A stretch of 64,000 nt of DNA from Opitutales bacterium (GTDB lineage: Bacteria > Verrucomicrobiota > Verrucomicrobiia > Opitutales > UBA2987). The stretch's first letter is position 1. The number at the start of each line of letters is the position of its first letter. Positions 29,271 through 40,389 of this stretch are shown piece by piece. A program made the translations under genes and the position numbers. The stretch covers positions 192,001-256,000 of the forward strand of contig CBDDEL010000012.1 of the NCBI GenBank assembly GCA_965226885.1, read 5' to 3'. The notes beneath the pieces were generated by a model. That model saw only the letters and a list, made by a program, of their open reading frames with translations. It did not search any database and was not told the origin of the DNA.

Positions 29271-30575
29271 TTAATCCAACAAACCAATCCGGTAATGCTC
29301 TTCGCCGGATGAATCCAAAAAGCGAGCTTGCAGACTCGTCACCACCCCGGCGCGCTGTTCGGCTTCGAGGAGCATGAAGATGAAGGGGATGCCCATGTCC
29401 TTGATCAGGCCGGGATGCGGAACGTTGGCGGCCTTGATGATACGGCCGTGCATGGGGGTGCTGATAAGCTCATAGATATCATAACCTGCCAGTTCTTTGG
29501 TGTCATGAAGCAGCACACGAGAACGGTGGATGTCACCTCCTATCAGGACGACGCCACCGATCTTCTTTTCGCCGAGAAATTCGAACAGAGCCCGTCGTTC
29601 GTGAGGATAGCTGCCCCAATGGTCTAGTTTGCCAGGCCGGGTGGCTTCGTTCCAAATCATTCCACAGGCCAACACCTTGACTGGAGCGGTCGAGCTTTCA
29701 AGGCCCTCTCGCAGCCAATCCCATTGAGCTTGACCCAGCAGGGACGCGCGATGTCTCAGAAAGGGCGATGGTTCGGTCGCCGCGAAATAGCGGGTGTCCA
29801 GCAAAAAGACTTCGACCGGGCCGTAGCGAAATTTGGTGTAGATCCCATTTTCGCCATCCCCGTATGAAGGGTTGGCGTGATACTCGATAAAGGCGCGTCG
29901 CGAACGCTCTTTGCCGGGCAAACGCCCGTCCATGTTATCGGCGCCAAAGTCGTGATCATCCCAGGTGCCGTACCAGGGTGTTGAGTGCAGCAGCTTCGCC
30001 ATGGCCTCAACGCTGGCGAAGTCGGCGTATCGGGCCCGTTGTTTGTCCAGCTCTGTGGTGTCGATGTATGGGGTGTCGCCCAGCAATACCACGGCATCGA
30101 TCTCTTCGCGCGCCGCTTGCTTCCACAACTGGTTGGTGCCGGGATCTTCATAGGCGCAGGAACCAAAAAAGAGGCGAGTCGAGCCATCGGCAGTCGGCTC
30201 GGGCGCGGTGCGGAAGCCGTAGTTTTCGACCAGCGTCTTCCTGTCGGAGTCTTTGATGAGGTAAGTGTACTCGTGATTGGGAGAGAGGCCGTCAACAGTC
30301 CAAACCATGCACAAATCGCGATCCGTTGACGCCGACCCTTGGAAGGATCGCATCGTTACCTGGTCGTCGCGAACATCAAGCGTGTAATTCCCGGCCGTCC
30401 GGACCCGCGCCCAGATAAAGACGCGGTTCGGTTCGGTATGCCCAATGAACGGCCCCTGTAACAGACCGGATACAGGCGACGCCCCAGAATTCTCAGACGC
30501 AGCCATCCCCGATTCATCCGCCAGAGCAATTAAAGATAATCCGGCAATCCAACCTATGAAGGTGTTACATCTCAT
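29271..30575 (-). CDS. PhoD-family alkaline phosphatase/phosphodiesterase, exported
   Basis: Signal peptide, FGSC, LLGDTPY, WDDHD, LLDTRY, GDIH. Confidence 0.85.
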   Translation of the reverse strand: MRCNTFIGWIAGLSLIALADESGMAASENSGASPVSGLLQGPFIGHTEPNRVFIWARVRTAGNYTLDVRDDQVTMRSFQGSASTDRDLCMVWTVDGLSPNHEYTYLIKDSDRKTLVENYGFRTAPEPTADGSTRLFFGSCAYEDPGTNQLWKQAAREEIDAVVLLGDTPYIDTTELDKQRARYADFASVEAMAKLLHSTPWYGTWDDHDFGADNMDGRLPGKERSRRAFIEYHANPSYGDGENGIYTKFRYGPVEVFLLDTRYFAATEPSPFLRHRASLLGQAQWDWLREGLESSTAPVKVLACGMIWNEATRPGKLDHWGSYPHERRALFEFLGEKKIGGVVLIGGDIHRSRVLLHDTKELAGYDIYELISTPMHGRIIKAANVPHPGLIKDMGIPFIFMLLEAEQRAGVVTSLQARFLDSSGEEHYRIGLLD

Positions 30576-30600
30576 CGTTTATCATCCTTTCCCAATTTAA

Positions 30601-31812
30601 TCACTTCGCTCCCGCCTGGTTCACGATTATTCGTTGCCGCGCTGTGGGCGAAACAAACGCACCCTGCGCGACATCCTCTTCCGTGAAAACACAAAGGTGT
30701 ATAGCCTTGTCCTTGTAACGATTGTAATCGTATATCAGGTATATCTTGCCATCCGGCGCTTGCACCCCATCCGGGTAGGACACCGCAAGCCGCTCGTCGA
30801 TGATCAAGCCGCCGTGCCATGTCTGCCCGTCATCATCGGAAAGATACGCCGTCAAACGGCTGCGTTGTTTCCAGGAACCTTCCACTTCGCCTGCTTCGAG
30901 CCACGCCGTATCCATGTCCGGGTTGTGCTTGACCAGTAGCAACCGTCCCGAGTCCAGCCGTCGTATGAAAAACCGTGCCGCCAGATGCGGTATCGACGAT
31001 GGCTGGCCCGGACTCCAGGTTTTTCCCCGGTCCGTCGAAATACTCTCGCCAATGCCATACTGAGTGCGTACCAGCATCCACAAGCTCCTGTCTTCGCGCT
31101 CGATAATCATGTGCTCTTCAAAACGAACCTCAGGCACATGGGCAGTGCCCAGCAATTCAAACGTCTCCCCCTTGTCCCGTGACAAATAAACATGCGCACC
31201 GGTCTTCGATTCATCCCACTGCAAATACTTATCTGGAATAAACCGATCGCTGGTCGGATCGTTGACCGGCTTATGACCCCAGCCGGCAATCGGAAAAAGC
31301 CACTCGCCTGAAGCCAGCACTGTTGGCTTGTTCATCATGATCCCATCGCCGATCCGTCTCGGTTTCGACCACCGCGGGTTTTCGTCTCCGGGATTTTCCG
31401 CAACTATCGCCCAGACTCCCCCACGTCCATCCCACCAACTGTAGGATTGCGCGTAGATAAGCCAGAGCCGTCCCTCCGAATCGAGCCACAACGTGGGATC
31501 GTAAGTGCGCACCAACCCTTCACCATCGGCCACCAACTTCAAATCCGACCAGTTCCTGCCGTCATCCCCGCTTGTGACCGCCATCACATAATTTTCCGGG
31601 CCTTCGCCGTCGCCCCCGCCGTACCACACCGCCCACAAGCGTCCATTCGCCGCGCGCACGATTCCCGGGATGCCCTGAAACCCCCGCGCTGCCCCCGCAT
31701 ACTGAGGGCCGGGAGTCGTATGAATTGTGGCTGGAAGCATCGCCGGATCAGTCATCATATAGGACGTCGAACAAATCGAAAGAAACACAATAATTACAAC
31801 TGTTGCGCGCAT
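30601..31812 (-). CDS. BNR/Asp-box sialidase-family protein
   Basis: Signal peptide, FQGIP, Asp-boxes SGDDGRNW, SRDKGETF, STDRGKTW, SDDDGQTW; SYP. Confidence 0.85.
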   Translation of the reverse strand: MRATVVIIVFLSICSTSYMMTDPAMLPATIHTTPGPQYAGAARGFQGIPGIVRAANGRLWAVWYGGGDGEGPENYVMAVTSGDDGRNWSDLKLVADGEGLVRTYDPTLWLDSEGRLWLIYAQSYSWWDGRGGVWAIVAENPGDENPRWSKPRRIGDGIMMNKPTVLASGEWLFPIAGWGHKPVNDPTSDRFIPDKYLQWDESKTGAHVYLSRDKGETFELLGTAHVPEVRFEEHMIIEREDRSLWMLVRTQYGIGESISTDRGKTWSPGQPSSIPHLAARFFIRRLDSGRLLLVKHNPDMDTAWLEAGEVEGSWKQRSRLTAYLSDDDGQTWHGGLIIDERLAVSYPDGVQAPDGKIYLIYDYNRYKDKAIHLCVFTEEDVAQGAFVSPTARQRIIVNQAGAK

Positions 31813-31824
31813 GGTTGATCTTCA

Positions 31825-31890
31825 CCGAGATTTCCCAAATGAGTATTCAAAATCGTTGAGAATAGCAACTTTCGAATATTTCGATCCAAT
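31825..31890. repeat. 66-bp dispersed repeat, copy 2 (upstream of the BNR gene)
   Basis: 58/66 identical to 29060-29125. Confidence 0.85.
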
Positions 31891-32031
31891 CGGCAGTATT
31901 TAACAATTATTGCTGAATTCCCTTTTGCTTGGTCAAACCAAGGAAGGATCTTTCCCTCTGTTGGAGGTTCCCACAGCACTGGTTCCTTTTGTATCGAAAT
32001 ATCCTCTTCCTCATCCCGTATCGGGTGCCGG

Positions 32032-34293
32032 TTATTTAAATTTGCGTAGTCGCAGGCTGTTGGTTACTACGGATATGCTGCTTAGGGCCATGGCTGCGCT
32101 GCCAATCATGGGGTTGAGCAGCCAGCCGGTCCAGGGGTAGAGGATTCCTGCCGCTATAGGCACACCCGCCATGTTGTATAGAAATGCGAAAAAAAGATTT
32201 TGCCGGATGGTTCCCAGTATGCGGCGCGATAACCGCACCGCCACCGCCACCCCCTGGAGATCGTTATGGATCAGGGTTATGTCGCCGGCCTCGATGGCCG
32301 CCTCAGTCCCGGAGGCAATGGCGAAGCCGATATCGGCCTGGGCCAGAGCCGGGGCATCGTTGATCCCGTCACCGACCATGCCAAGAAGCATTCCCTCATC
32401 CTGCCATTGCTTGACCAGGCCGGCTTTCCCGGCGGGTTTTACCTCGGCCAGGTAATGTTCGATTCCGAGCTGGCGAGCGATTTTTTCCACCGCTCCTGGC
32501 TGGTCGCCCGATACCAGTCGAATATCAAGTTTCAGATTGCGAATGGTATTGATGAATTCCTGCGAGGTTGGCCGGAGAGCATCATCCACCGCCAGTAAGC
32601 CCGCGGCCTTCCCATCAATTGAAACCAAAACGGGCGTTTCACCGGCATGGGAAATTTCCTCAATTCCGCACGAAAGAGCCTCCAGGCCGATATTTCTTTC
32701 CTTCATCAAGGGAATATTGCCGATGAGGAGTTTTTGGCCTTCGACCTGCGCCTCGATTCCAAACCCTTCCAGGGCGCGGAAATCTTTTGGCTCGCTGATG
32801 GTTAATTCCTTCTCTTTGGCCAACTCGAAGAGGGCCCGGCCCACCGGATGCTCGGAGACGGATTCGGCGCTGCCGCATAACCGCAGGAGCTCATCTTCCG
32901 CCATCTCACCGGTGGTCTGGATTCTTAAAACGCGCGGTCGTCCCTCCGTCAGGGTTCCCGTTTTATCCAGAACGATGCCATCCAGTTTGCTCGCCAATTC
33001 GAGGGCTTCGCCATTTTTGACGAGGATGCCCAACTCGGCTCCCCTGCCCATTCCCACCGTGATGGCGGTGGGCGTGGCCAGCCCCAGAGCGCAGGGACAG
33101 GCGATGATGAGGATGGATACAAATACCTGCAAAGCGAAGGGCAGGGTGGGTTCCGGCCCGAATTTCAACCAATAGGCGCCGGCGGCCAATGAAATGAGCA
33201 GGATGGCGGGAACGAAATAGCCGCTGATGACATCGGCCAGGCGGGCAATGGGGAGTTTGGAACTTTGCGCCTCGCGTACCAGATCGATGATTTTTCGCAG
33301 CAGGGTGTCCGTGGCCGCAGATGTCACCCGGAAGCGGAAACTTCCGGTTCGGTTCAATGTGCCGCTGTAAACGGGATCGCCGGGAGCTTTTTCCACCGGC
33401 ATGGGCTCACCCGTCAGCATTGATTCATCAACTGAAGAGGCTCCGGAAATGATTTCACCGTCAAGGGGCAGGATCTCGCCGGGCCTGACGACAACGATCT
33501 CCCCCACGGACACATCCTGAAATGGTATTTTTATCTCGCGGTCCTCCCGAATGACGCTGGCCGTCTTGGGTTGCAGCCCAATCAGGTTGCGCAGGGCGGC
33601 GGTCGTTTTTCTTTTAGCCCGCTCTTCCAGCAATCGGCCCAACCCCACCAGAACGATGATCACCACCGTAGCATCGTAATAAAGATGGGGTGTCTGGCCC
33701 AGTTTTTCCCAAAATCCGGGCGCCGCGGTGACGGAAAAACTGTAAAGATAGGCGGTTCCCGAACCTATAGAAATGAGGGTGTTCATATCCGCCCCAAAAT
33801 GCAAAAGCCGATTCCAGGCGCTTCTAAAGAAAGGACTGCCGGTCAGAATCAAAACACCCGTGGCCAAACCCCAGAGAACCCAGGAATGGCCGGGAAAAAC
33901 CATTTTACCCATCGAAATGATGAGAACGGCGGCAGCCAGGATGGCGGAAAGGCCAAGTTTGAGGAACTGACGTTTGTATTCCCGGGTTTCATCTTTTTGG
34001 CGACGGTTTTCGACTTCGTCCAAATCTGCGGAAAAATCGAGCAATTCAGCCGGGAACCCTTCACCGGCAATTTGGTCGCAAATCCTTTCGGGCCCAATGC
34101 GGCCGGGCTCATAGGCCACCCGCGCTTCGCCCGCAGCCAGATTTACCAGCGCCCGATGGACCCCGTCCAGTTGGAGAACCGATTTTTCCACCCGACCCAC
34201 GCAGGAAGCGCAATGCATCCCAATGATGGCAAATCGATCCTCCCGCTCCGCCTGGGGAACGGCCATTGGCTCAGGAGGGATATTCATTTGCAT
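32032..34293 (-). CDS. copA: Cu(I)-exporting P1B-type ATPase
   Basis: GMHCASC HMA domain, TGEP, CPC, DKTGT, HP, GDGIND, YN, MALSS. Confidence 0.92.
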   Translation of the reverse strand: MQMNIPPEPMAVPQAEREDRFAIIGMHCASCVGRVEKSVLQLDGVHRALVNLAAGEARVAYEPGRIGPERICDQIAGEGFPAELLDFSADLDEVENRRQKDETREYKRQFLKLGLSAILAAAVLIISMGKMVFPGHSWVLWGLATGVLILTGSPFFRSAWNRLLHFGADMNTLISIGSGTAYLYSFSVTAAPGFWEKLGQTPHLYYDATVVIIVLVGLGRLLEERAKRKTTAALRNLIGLQPKTASVIREDREIKIPFQDVSVGEIVVVRPGEILPLDGEIISGASSVDESMLTGEPMPVEKAPGDPVYSGTLNRTGSFRFRVTSAATDTLLRKIIDLVREAQSSKLPIARLADVISGYFVPAILLISLAAGAYWLKFGPEPTLPFALQVFVSILIIACPCALGLATPTAITVGMGRGAELGILVKNGEALELASKLDGIVLDKTGTLTEGRPRVLRIQTTGEMAEDELLRLCGSAESVSEHPVGRALFELAKEKELTISEPKDFRALEGFGIEAQVEGQKLLIGNIPLMKERNIGLEALSCGIEEISHAGETPVLVSIDGKAAGLLAVDDALRPTSQEFINTIRNLKLDIRLVSGDQPGAVEKIARQLGIEHYLAEVKPAGKAGLVKQWQDEGMLLGMVGDGINDAPALAQADIGFAIASGTEAAIEAGDITLIHNDLQGVAVAVRLSRRILGTIRQNLFFAFLYNMAGVPIAAGILYPWTGWLLNPMIGSAAMALSSISVVTNSLRLRKFK

Positions 34294-34339
34294 TGAACTT
34301 TTGCTTGGAATTTTATGCCGAAATTAGTAATCTTCTTTT

Positions 34340-34792
34340 ATCGAACCTCTTGATCAAATTAAAATTAACCCTGTTTTCCGCGGGTTGAGCGATGAAGCCT
34401 TGCTGAACCTGACGAGCAACGTGCGCGCCCTGGATTATTCTCCCGGTAATATTGTAATAACCGAGGGCACCTTGGGGGACACTCTTTACATAATCTCGGA
34501 AGGCTCCGTGGAGGTTTTGAAAAATCTGGACGAGCCTAGGGAATTAGTCCTAGACAAGCTCAAAAAGGGGGAAATATTTGGGGAAATGTCAATCATAGAG
34601 TCGGTTGCCCGATCGGCTTCGGTGCGAGCCTTGGAGGAACCAACGAGGGTTTACGCACTCCATAAATCGGACCTTCATCGCCTTTTCAAGACCGCTCCCT
34701 CCCAATTCGCCATTCTCATTCTGAACATTTCCCGCGACCTCTGCCGCCGGCTTCGCAAGATCGACGATCTCTACGCGGCCAGAGGCGATTGA
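34340..34792 (+). CDS. Cyclic-nucleotide-binding domain protein (start ATC 34340 or TTG 34385)
   Basis: EGTLGDTLYII, FGEMSI, RSASVRA. Frame extends upstream as IEPLDQIKINPVFRGLS, a typical Crp-like start. Confidence 0.75.
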   Translation: MEPLDQIKINPVFRGLSDEALLNLTSNVRALDYSPGNIVITEGTLGDTLYIISEGSVEVLKNLDEPRELVLDKLKKGEIFGEMSIIESVARSASVRALEEPTRVYALHKSDLHRLFKTAPSQFAILILNISRDLCRRLRKIDDLYAARGD

Positions 34793-34900
34793 GGAGAAAA
34801 CCCACTATTCAGCATCATTCAAAGTCTCATACTCCATAAATAAAACCGAAGGGCTCAAAATGTATCAAATAGCGCCGGGGCAAGCAAAAAGGCCATCCAA

Positions 34901-35752
34901 ATGAAGAAGATACTTGTTTGCACAGATGGTTCCAATTACGCCCAGGTTTGCTGCCAGTACGCCGCCTGGCTGGCAGGGCGGTCCGACGCCAAAATCGATC
35001 TGCTCTACCTGACCGACATCCGGCAATTCGAAGTGCCCTTCATCGCCGATTTAAGCGGCAGCCTCGGCATCCAGCCCTATCAGGACATCATGAGCCAATT
35101 GCAAGAAATGGAGCGCAAAAAAGCCATCATGATCGAGGAATCAAGCCGCCAGGTACTGGCTGCCGGCGGGCAGGCCGAGGGGATAAATTTTCACCATCGC
35201 ACGGGTCTGCTCATCGATTGCCTGGGAGACTTTGAGAATGATGTGGATCTCGTTATGCTCGGGAAACGAGGAGAAAATGCCGACTTTGCCACCGAGCACC
35301 TTGGCTCAACCATGGAACGCGTTTTGCGGGCGAGCAAGAAACCTTGCCTCGTGACCTCCCGCAAATTTCGGGAAATCCGCAAAATCCTGCTCGCTTACGA
35401 TGGCGGCCAAAGCTGTGGCAAAGCTCTCCGGCACCTCACTATGTCCGGCCAGGAAATCATGGCGGATGTTCAGTTTCACATCGTTACTGTTGTCGAAAAT
35501 AAGGATCAGGCATTGGCCCAAAAATGCCTTGATGAGGCGGAAACGGTTTCCCGGGCGGCCGGTTACGAACCGGTCTGCCAATTGCTGCATGGCCATGTTG
35601 AGGAAACGCTCTCCGGCTATGTCGAAAAAGAAAACATCGACCTCCTCGTGATGGGCGCCTACGGCCACACCCGCATCCGCTACCTACTCATCGGCAGCGC
35701 CACCACCGCCACCATAAGAGGTTGCAAAATACCCGTTCTCTGCTTTAGGTAG
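34901..35752 (+). CDS. Universal stress protein (tandem Usp domains)
   Basis: KILVCTDGS, LAYDG, DLLVMGAYGHTR, IGS. Confidence 0.9.
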   Translation: MKKILVCTDGSNYAQVCCQYAAWLAGRSDAKIDLLYLTDIRQFEVPFIADLSGSLGIQPYQDIMSQLQEMERKKAIMIEESSRQVLAAGGQAEGINFHHRTGLLIDCLGDFENDVDLVMLGKRGENADFATEHLGSTMERVLRASKKPCLVTSRKFREIRKILLAYDGGQSCGKALRHLTMSGQEIMADVQFHIVTVVENKDQALAQKCLDEAETVSRAAGYEPVCQLLHGHVEETLSGYVEKENIDLLVMGAYGHTRIRYLLIGSATTATIRGCKIPVLCFR

Positions 35753-35766
35753 GCAGGCCTGACAAA

Positions 35767-36141
35767 GTGAAATCTGGCCACCCCGATGTTGTCACGGATC
35801 GCTTTGCTATTGAGATTGACCGTGTGGGCAATTGGAAGGAAGGGCTTGGCCGGGCATACGGCTATGCTATTGATACGGAAAAAATACCGGTTTTAGCCTT
35901 AATGCGCCCCGTCGAAAGGACGGATTTCGAGGCTGCAAACAATGCCGGTGAGCTACGCACACGCTACGCTGAGCGCTTTAGGCATCCGGGTAAGGGTAAT
36001 TGGTTTCTTCGGGTGAAGGTATTGCTTCCTTGCAATAGGCCCATTGGCCCATTTAGGCCCATTTATCAAGGCTTGCCGGTCTTTTTAAGCCTGCAAAAGT
36101 TCAGACTTGTTCATTTTCCAGGCGGCTGCACCAGCCAGTAG
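35767..36141 (+). pseudogene. Possible remnant of a PD-(D/E)XK-like small protein
   Basis: PDVVTDRFAIEID...WKEGLGRAYGYA pattern; the 3' part looks non-coding and overlaps the opposite gene. Confidence 0.3.
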
Positions 36142-36698
36142 GGTCATCAAAACGATCATGCCCCATTCGGTGAGGGTGGGGACGGTCTCGGAACTGGCCA
36201 AAATCACTCCCGCGTCGGGCAGGAAAACCGCACTGAAAGCGGATCCTGCCAGTCCGGTTTTGACGGTGACATCATCGGTATCAATGTCCCAATGTTCGAC
36301 GATCCAGATTGAACCGCTCGGCCGGGCAGTTATGAAGTTGTCGAACGCAAAATTGTTGTCTTCATCCTTGGCTACCAGTAGCGTGCCCGTATTGGGAGTC
36401 TGCCCGGTGACGGTTACGGTCCAGCGGTCGTTGGACCCATCGCGAACAGCCATGATCTGTCCCTGCCCGAGGATCCTGCTGCCATCCGCGTCGAAACGCC
36501 CCAAGGGTAGCAAATCGTCGGACATACCTGTGGCGACGGCGCCCACGGGCAGGTAGACGAACGCGATGGGATCTTGCTCCTGCGTGCCGTTAAGCAAGTT
36601 GTCCCGATTGAACACGGTGAACGTGCCATCCGCATTACTGGTATAGGAGGCTACGTTGTCCTCGTTTTTGCCGCCAGTTGTCAGGATAATGTCGTTAG
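36085..36698 (-). pseudogene. IPTL-CTERM sorting-domain surface protein, 5'-truncated by IS1380
   Basis: C-terminus VPTLTEWGMIVLMTLLAGAAAWKMNK; frame open up to the IS end at 36699. Confidence 0.8.
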
Positions 36699-38265
36699 CC
36701 CGGATATTTCATGAAGGGTCAAGTTTGGCTCGTTATTGCTATTGGAGATGGATTTCTTTGTATTTTGGGCGGATCGTCTTGATTTTGAGGTGTTTTTCAG
36801 GGTGTAGAGACACTTCCCCCTTTCCCCCATTGGTTCGGTAGCGCCGGGGGCAGCGCCAATGCGCCCTTTAGGTTGGCACCAACCGGCGGGCCGCATGGTT
36901 GAAAAGACTGGCCCATGGATAACTTTCACTTAGATGAAAGTGAATCGTTCGGGTGTTGCGCACGATGACCGCTCCGATCTTGATTAATTTTAGCCGTAGA
37001 CTGTGGCATTGGAGCCGCGCCCACTTCGTCCCTTTTAATGCGAACCGGCGCAAGGCTTCCATCAAGGTGTAGGCCAGCCCCGACAAGAGCAATCGCCACT
37101 GGTTGGCCCACCATTTATGCGCGCTGGTGCGTTCGCTGAACAATTGCATCTGTTCCTTGATCCGGTTCTCCATCTCACCGCGGCCACAGTATACTTTGTC
37201 GTAAAGCTCTTGGGGATCGCCCTGCAGGTTCGTCACCACGAAGCGCGGGTTGGACCCCTGTGCGGTGTGTTCGGCTTTGTGGATGATAAGGCGTTGGCGC
37301 CGCCACGATTTTGCCCCATACTCGAAGTGCTGAAACAGCCGTTGCTTTTTGCCGCTACCCTCGAACCATTGTTTGGCTTGCTCCTGCAACTGCCGGGCCG
37401 CTTGCTGCAAGCGTGCATGGCGGGCCGTTCCCACTATAAAATAGACCTCGTTGCGCTCGCACCACGAGAGAATCCGATCCCGGCAGAATCCGCTGTCGGC
37501 ACGCCAAATAATCCGCGTATGGGGCCAGCTTTGGCGAATCCGTTTAACCAGCAATTTGAGGATGGCCCCGGCATGCTTGCTCGCATCGATCTTGCTGGGC
37601 CGCAGGTAGGCCACCAGAAGCTGATCGCCGCAAAAAACATACAGCGGCAAAAAACAGTAATGATCATAATAACCGTGGAAAAAACGTCCCTCCTGGAGCC
37701 CGTGCACCGGATTGTCGGTGGCGTCAAAGTCCAGGATGATCTCTTCGGGTTCCTCGGCAAAGGATCCGATGAACTGTTCGACCAGCAACTCGTTCAGGGC
37801 AAAGGCTGCCCGCCGATCCTGCCCGTTTTCAAAACGACACAAAGTCGGCGCGCTGGCCAACGCTTCAGTGCGCCCCGTTACCGTTTGCAACAAAGGATCG
37901 CGGCGCAGGGTGTTAAAGTCGTTCAAATCCTCATAGCCCGCCACCAGCCCGTAAACGCGCTGCCGGATCATGGCCAGCATCTCATGGCGCACTTTGCCCT
38001 TCTGCCGTTTGTCTACTAATTGCCGGGCCGCTTGCTCGGTCAAGCCCAACCGCCGATCCACTTCCCGGATCAAAAGCAGCCCGGCATCCGAAGTAACCTC
38101 ACCGCCCTTAAAATCAACCCGCACACGGCGGCCTTTTACCCTTGTCAACTGTAGTTCTAATTGTTTACTTTTTGTCATCGCTGATATTGCTTTAATGTTT
38201 AATCTATCCTGCTGTATATCAGCAGATAAGCATATCAGCGATACTTTTTTTATGAAATTTCCGGG
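36699..38265 (-). mobile_element. IS1380-family element, copy 2 (1567 bp)
   Basis: Same TIRs as copy 1; flanks TTAG / CTAA are not a direct repeat. Confidence 0.95.
36868..38178 (-). CDS. IS1380 transposase, intact (436 aa)
   Basis: TSDAGLLL, GYEDLND, LDFDATD, RADSGF, RGEMENRIKE. Confidence 0.95.
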   Translation of the reverse strand: MTKSKQLELQLTRVKGRRVRVDFKGGEVTSDAGLLLIREVDRRLGLTEQAARQLVDKRQKGKVRHEMLAMIRQRVYGLVAGYEDLNDFNTLRRDPLLQTVTGRTEALASAPTLCRFENGQDRRAAFALNELLVEQFIGSFAEEPEEIILDFDATDNPVHGLQEGRFFHGYYDHYCFLPLYVFCGDQLLVAYLRPSKIDASKHAGAILKLLVKRIRQSWPHTRIIWRADSGFCRDRILSWCERNEVYFIVGTARHARLQQAARQLQEQAKQWFEGSGKKQRLFQHFEYGAKSWRRQRLIIHKAEHTAQGSNPRFVVTNLQGDPQELYDKVYCGRGEMENRIKEQMQLFSERTSAHKWWANQWRLLLSGLAYTLMEALRRFALKGTKWARLQCHSLRLKLIKIGAVIVRNTRTIHFHLSESYPWASLFNHAARRLVPT

Positions 38266-38587
38266 CTAATTGACTTATATAAAAAGCATTTGAGTGATCG
38301 CATATATGGACGATCAACGGATCGCCGGACTCTTCTTCAATGGCGCGTAGAACCTTTTTCAACTGTTTCGGAAAAAGGATTAATTTATCCACATACCCCA
38401 CCCATTTCCGTAAAAAAAGTGGAATTCCCGACCAGGCGTTAATGACTGCCGGCGGTTTTATATAATGAACCTTTATGCCCCTCTCCAGCAACGAATCTTT
38501 GAGAAATGAAGAAAATTTCTGCATGCTGTACTGGCCGTCCCCCACATAATTGCCAACCAGCAAAATTTGAAATGGGTATCGATTCAT
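38266..38587 (-). pseudogene. GT4-type glycosyltransferase, N-terminal fragment truncated by IS1380
   Basis: ILLVGNY..DGQYSMQKF...GYVDKLILFP...VHICDHSNAFY, then IS sequence. Confidence 0.7.
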
Positions 38588-40389
38588 TGACGAGAGGGCC
38601 GCGGCGGCTGTCGGCGTTTAGGGGGCATCCGGTCGGCCGCCAGTGTCAACCCTCCGCCCAGGGCGATAAATCCCATTGTCGTTGCTTGCCCAACCTGCCC
38701 CGTGAGAATAAGAAGCAAGCAGCCCCCCAAAAGAAGCAGTGGAAAAAACATATCCCTCCGGACCGCTCGTATGGCATGTCCGAATAGCTGGAAAACAATG
38801 GCCAATCTAAAGAAAAGGTAGGCGTATCCCAAAAAAACTCCATTTTCCAAAACAATTCTGGACCACTCACCCTCGGCCAGTTGAAAATGCAAACGCCCGC
38901 TTACCAGCCTGGCTCCGACGTTTGTCCCCATTCCAAGCCCGTGACCGAAAAATGGCGCATTTCTGGAGGCAGACAAGCTGCTTGTAAAATCACCGAAAAC
39001 CCTTTGAGTCCAAGTCGTTGCCCGCTCACTCCAAGTGGCATCAAAATCGCCGGTTTCTGTCAATCGACTTTCAAAAGCGATTTCTCCTTCGCTATAGATG
39101 TCCAGGTTCGGGTAGTGTATTAAGTAGGAATGGTGGCTAATTCTTGATTATATTGATGAATGAAAAGTCTCAGACAGGTTTCATGCATACTCTTAAGCTT
39201 GGAAAAGGAGAGGGTTTTGCGTGTGAAACGACCCAGTCGTTGGCGCAGGGTATTGTTCCATCGTTCCACATGGGCCGTTTCACCGGTTTCTTTTCCCACG
39301 GATCGGTTATGAGGAAAGACTTCATCATAAGTGCTCCAAAAGTCGCTGTAGGTGGCACATCTTTTGTAGGCCCGTGGCAGACGCTCGTAAAGTTCCCGGC
39401 AACGATACCAATCCCGAGGCCCAATGGCATAGGAGAGGATTTGACGGGTGCGTCGGCAAAGAGCGATCCAAACCCATTGGGCATCGCTCTTGCGCCCCAC
39501 AAAAGACCACAGTTCGTCCAGTTCAATGACCTCATGGCGGCGGGCCGCAAGAATCGTGCTTTTGAGCGGTCGCAGCGATTGTCGTTTTTTTTAACCAACT
39601 CAAAACGGTGTTGGGACTCACCCCGAAGGCGCGCTGTAAACCGCGTAGACTGCTGCGTTCCTGATAGACTCGAAGGATCATTTCTTTTTGCTCTTCGGTG
39701 TATTTCACTGTGGGGTTTTCGCGGCTTTGTTTACCACAATCATGGCAGCGGTAGCGCTGTTTATGGTTGGGCGTCTTGCCAAATTTAATTATATTTTCAC
39801 TTCCACAGTGCCGACAATTAATAATTTTAGTAACCATGCACTAAGAATAAACTGCCTAACGCTATTTGTACAGCTAAAAATACAAAATAACATTCTTTTT
39901 TTATACACTACCCAGGTTCGTAGCCACCATTAAGATAATGCCTATCGGAATTAACAGCCGGATAAGGCGCCTGGGAAGTCTTTTGTTAAAAAGATAAGCC
40001 ACGCCGAGCATTATGAAAACTGACCCGATACTGCCCAGCGTAAGCCGGGAGGAAGAAACCGCTGCGGATATAAAAATCGCCATTCCGCTTCCGACTAAAA
40101 GCGGCATGGAGTAAACTCCTTTCCGAAGCATACCGAAAAGCGCCATCGAAGTCGCTAAAGCTAAAAATTGAGCCGCTCCCGTTATAAATGAAAAATATCC
40201 CGGAGGACGGATTCTGCCCTCGCCGCCACGAATCTGGGCACCCTCTCTACCCCCAGGACCGTAGTTCCAAAAATCGTTGGGATCCGAGAGAAATTGCATC
40301 GCCATTAAAAAAGCCATTGGTATGGATAAAATCAAAACCCAACGTCCCATTTTAATCACGTCATTGATCGTAAACACTTTGGGTATGAC
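38584..40389 (-). pseudogene. Polytopic membrane protein (Wzy/O-antigen-ligase-like), split by IS1 and 5'-truncated at IS3
   Basis: Hydrophobic fragments 39901-40377 (RIRPPGYFSF) and 38584-39063 (GHGLGMGTNVGA, EGEWSR) flank IS1, which has an 8-bp TSD. Confidence 0.7.
39111..39912 (-). mobile_element. IS1-family element A (802 bp; InsA 39532-39837, InsB 39120-39500 region)
   Basis: Ends GGTAGTGTAT / ATACACTACC; TSD CAGGTTCG at 39103-39110 and 39913-39920; zinc-finger InsA and an A8 frameshift run. Confidence 0.95.

Noticed and set aside
36037..36065. GGCCCATT repeated three times
   Set aside because: Short, imperfectly spaced and located between decayed genes; no function supportable.
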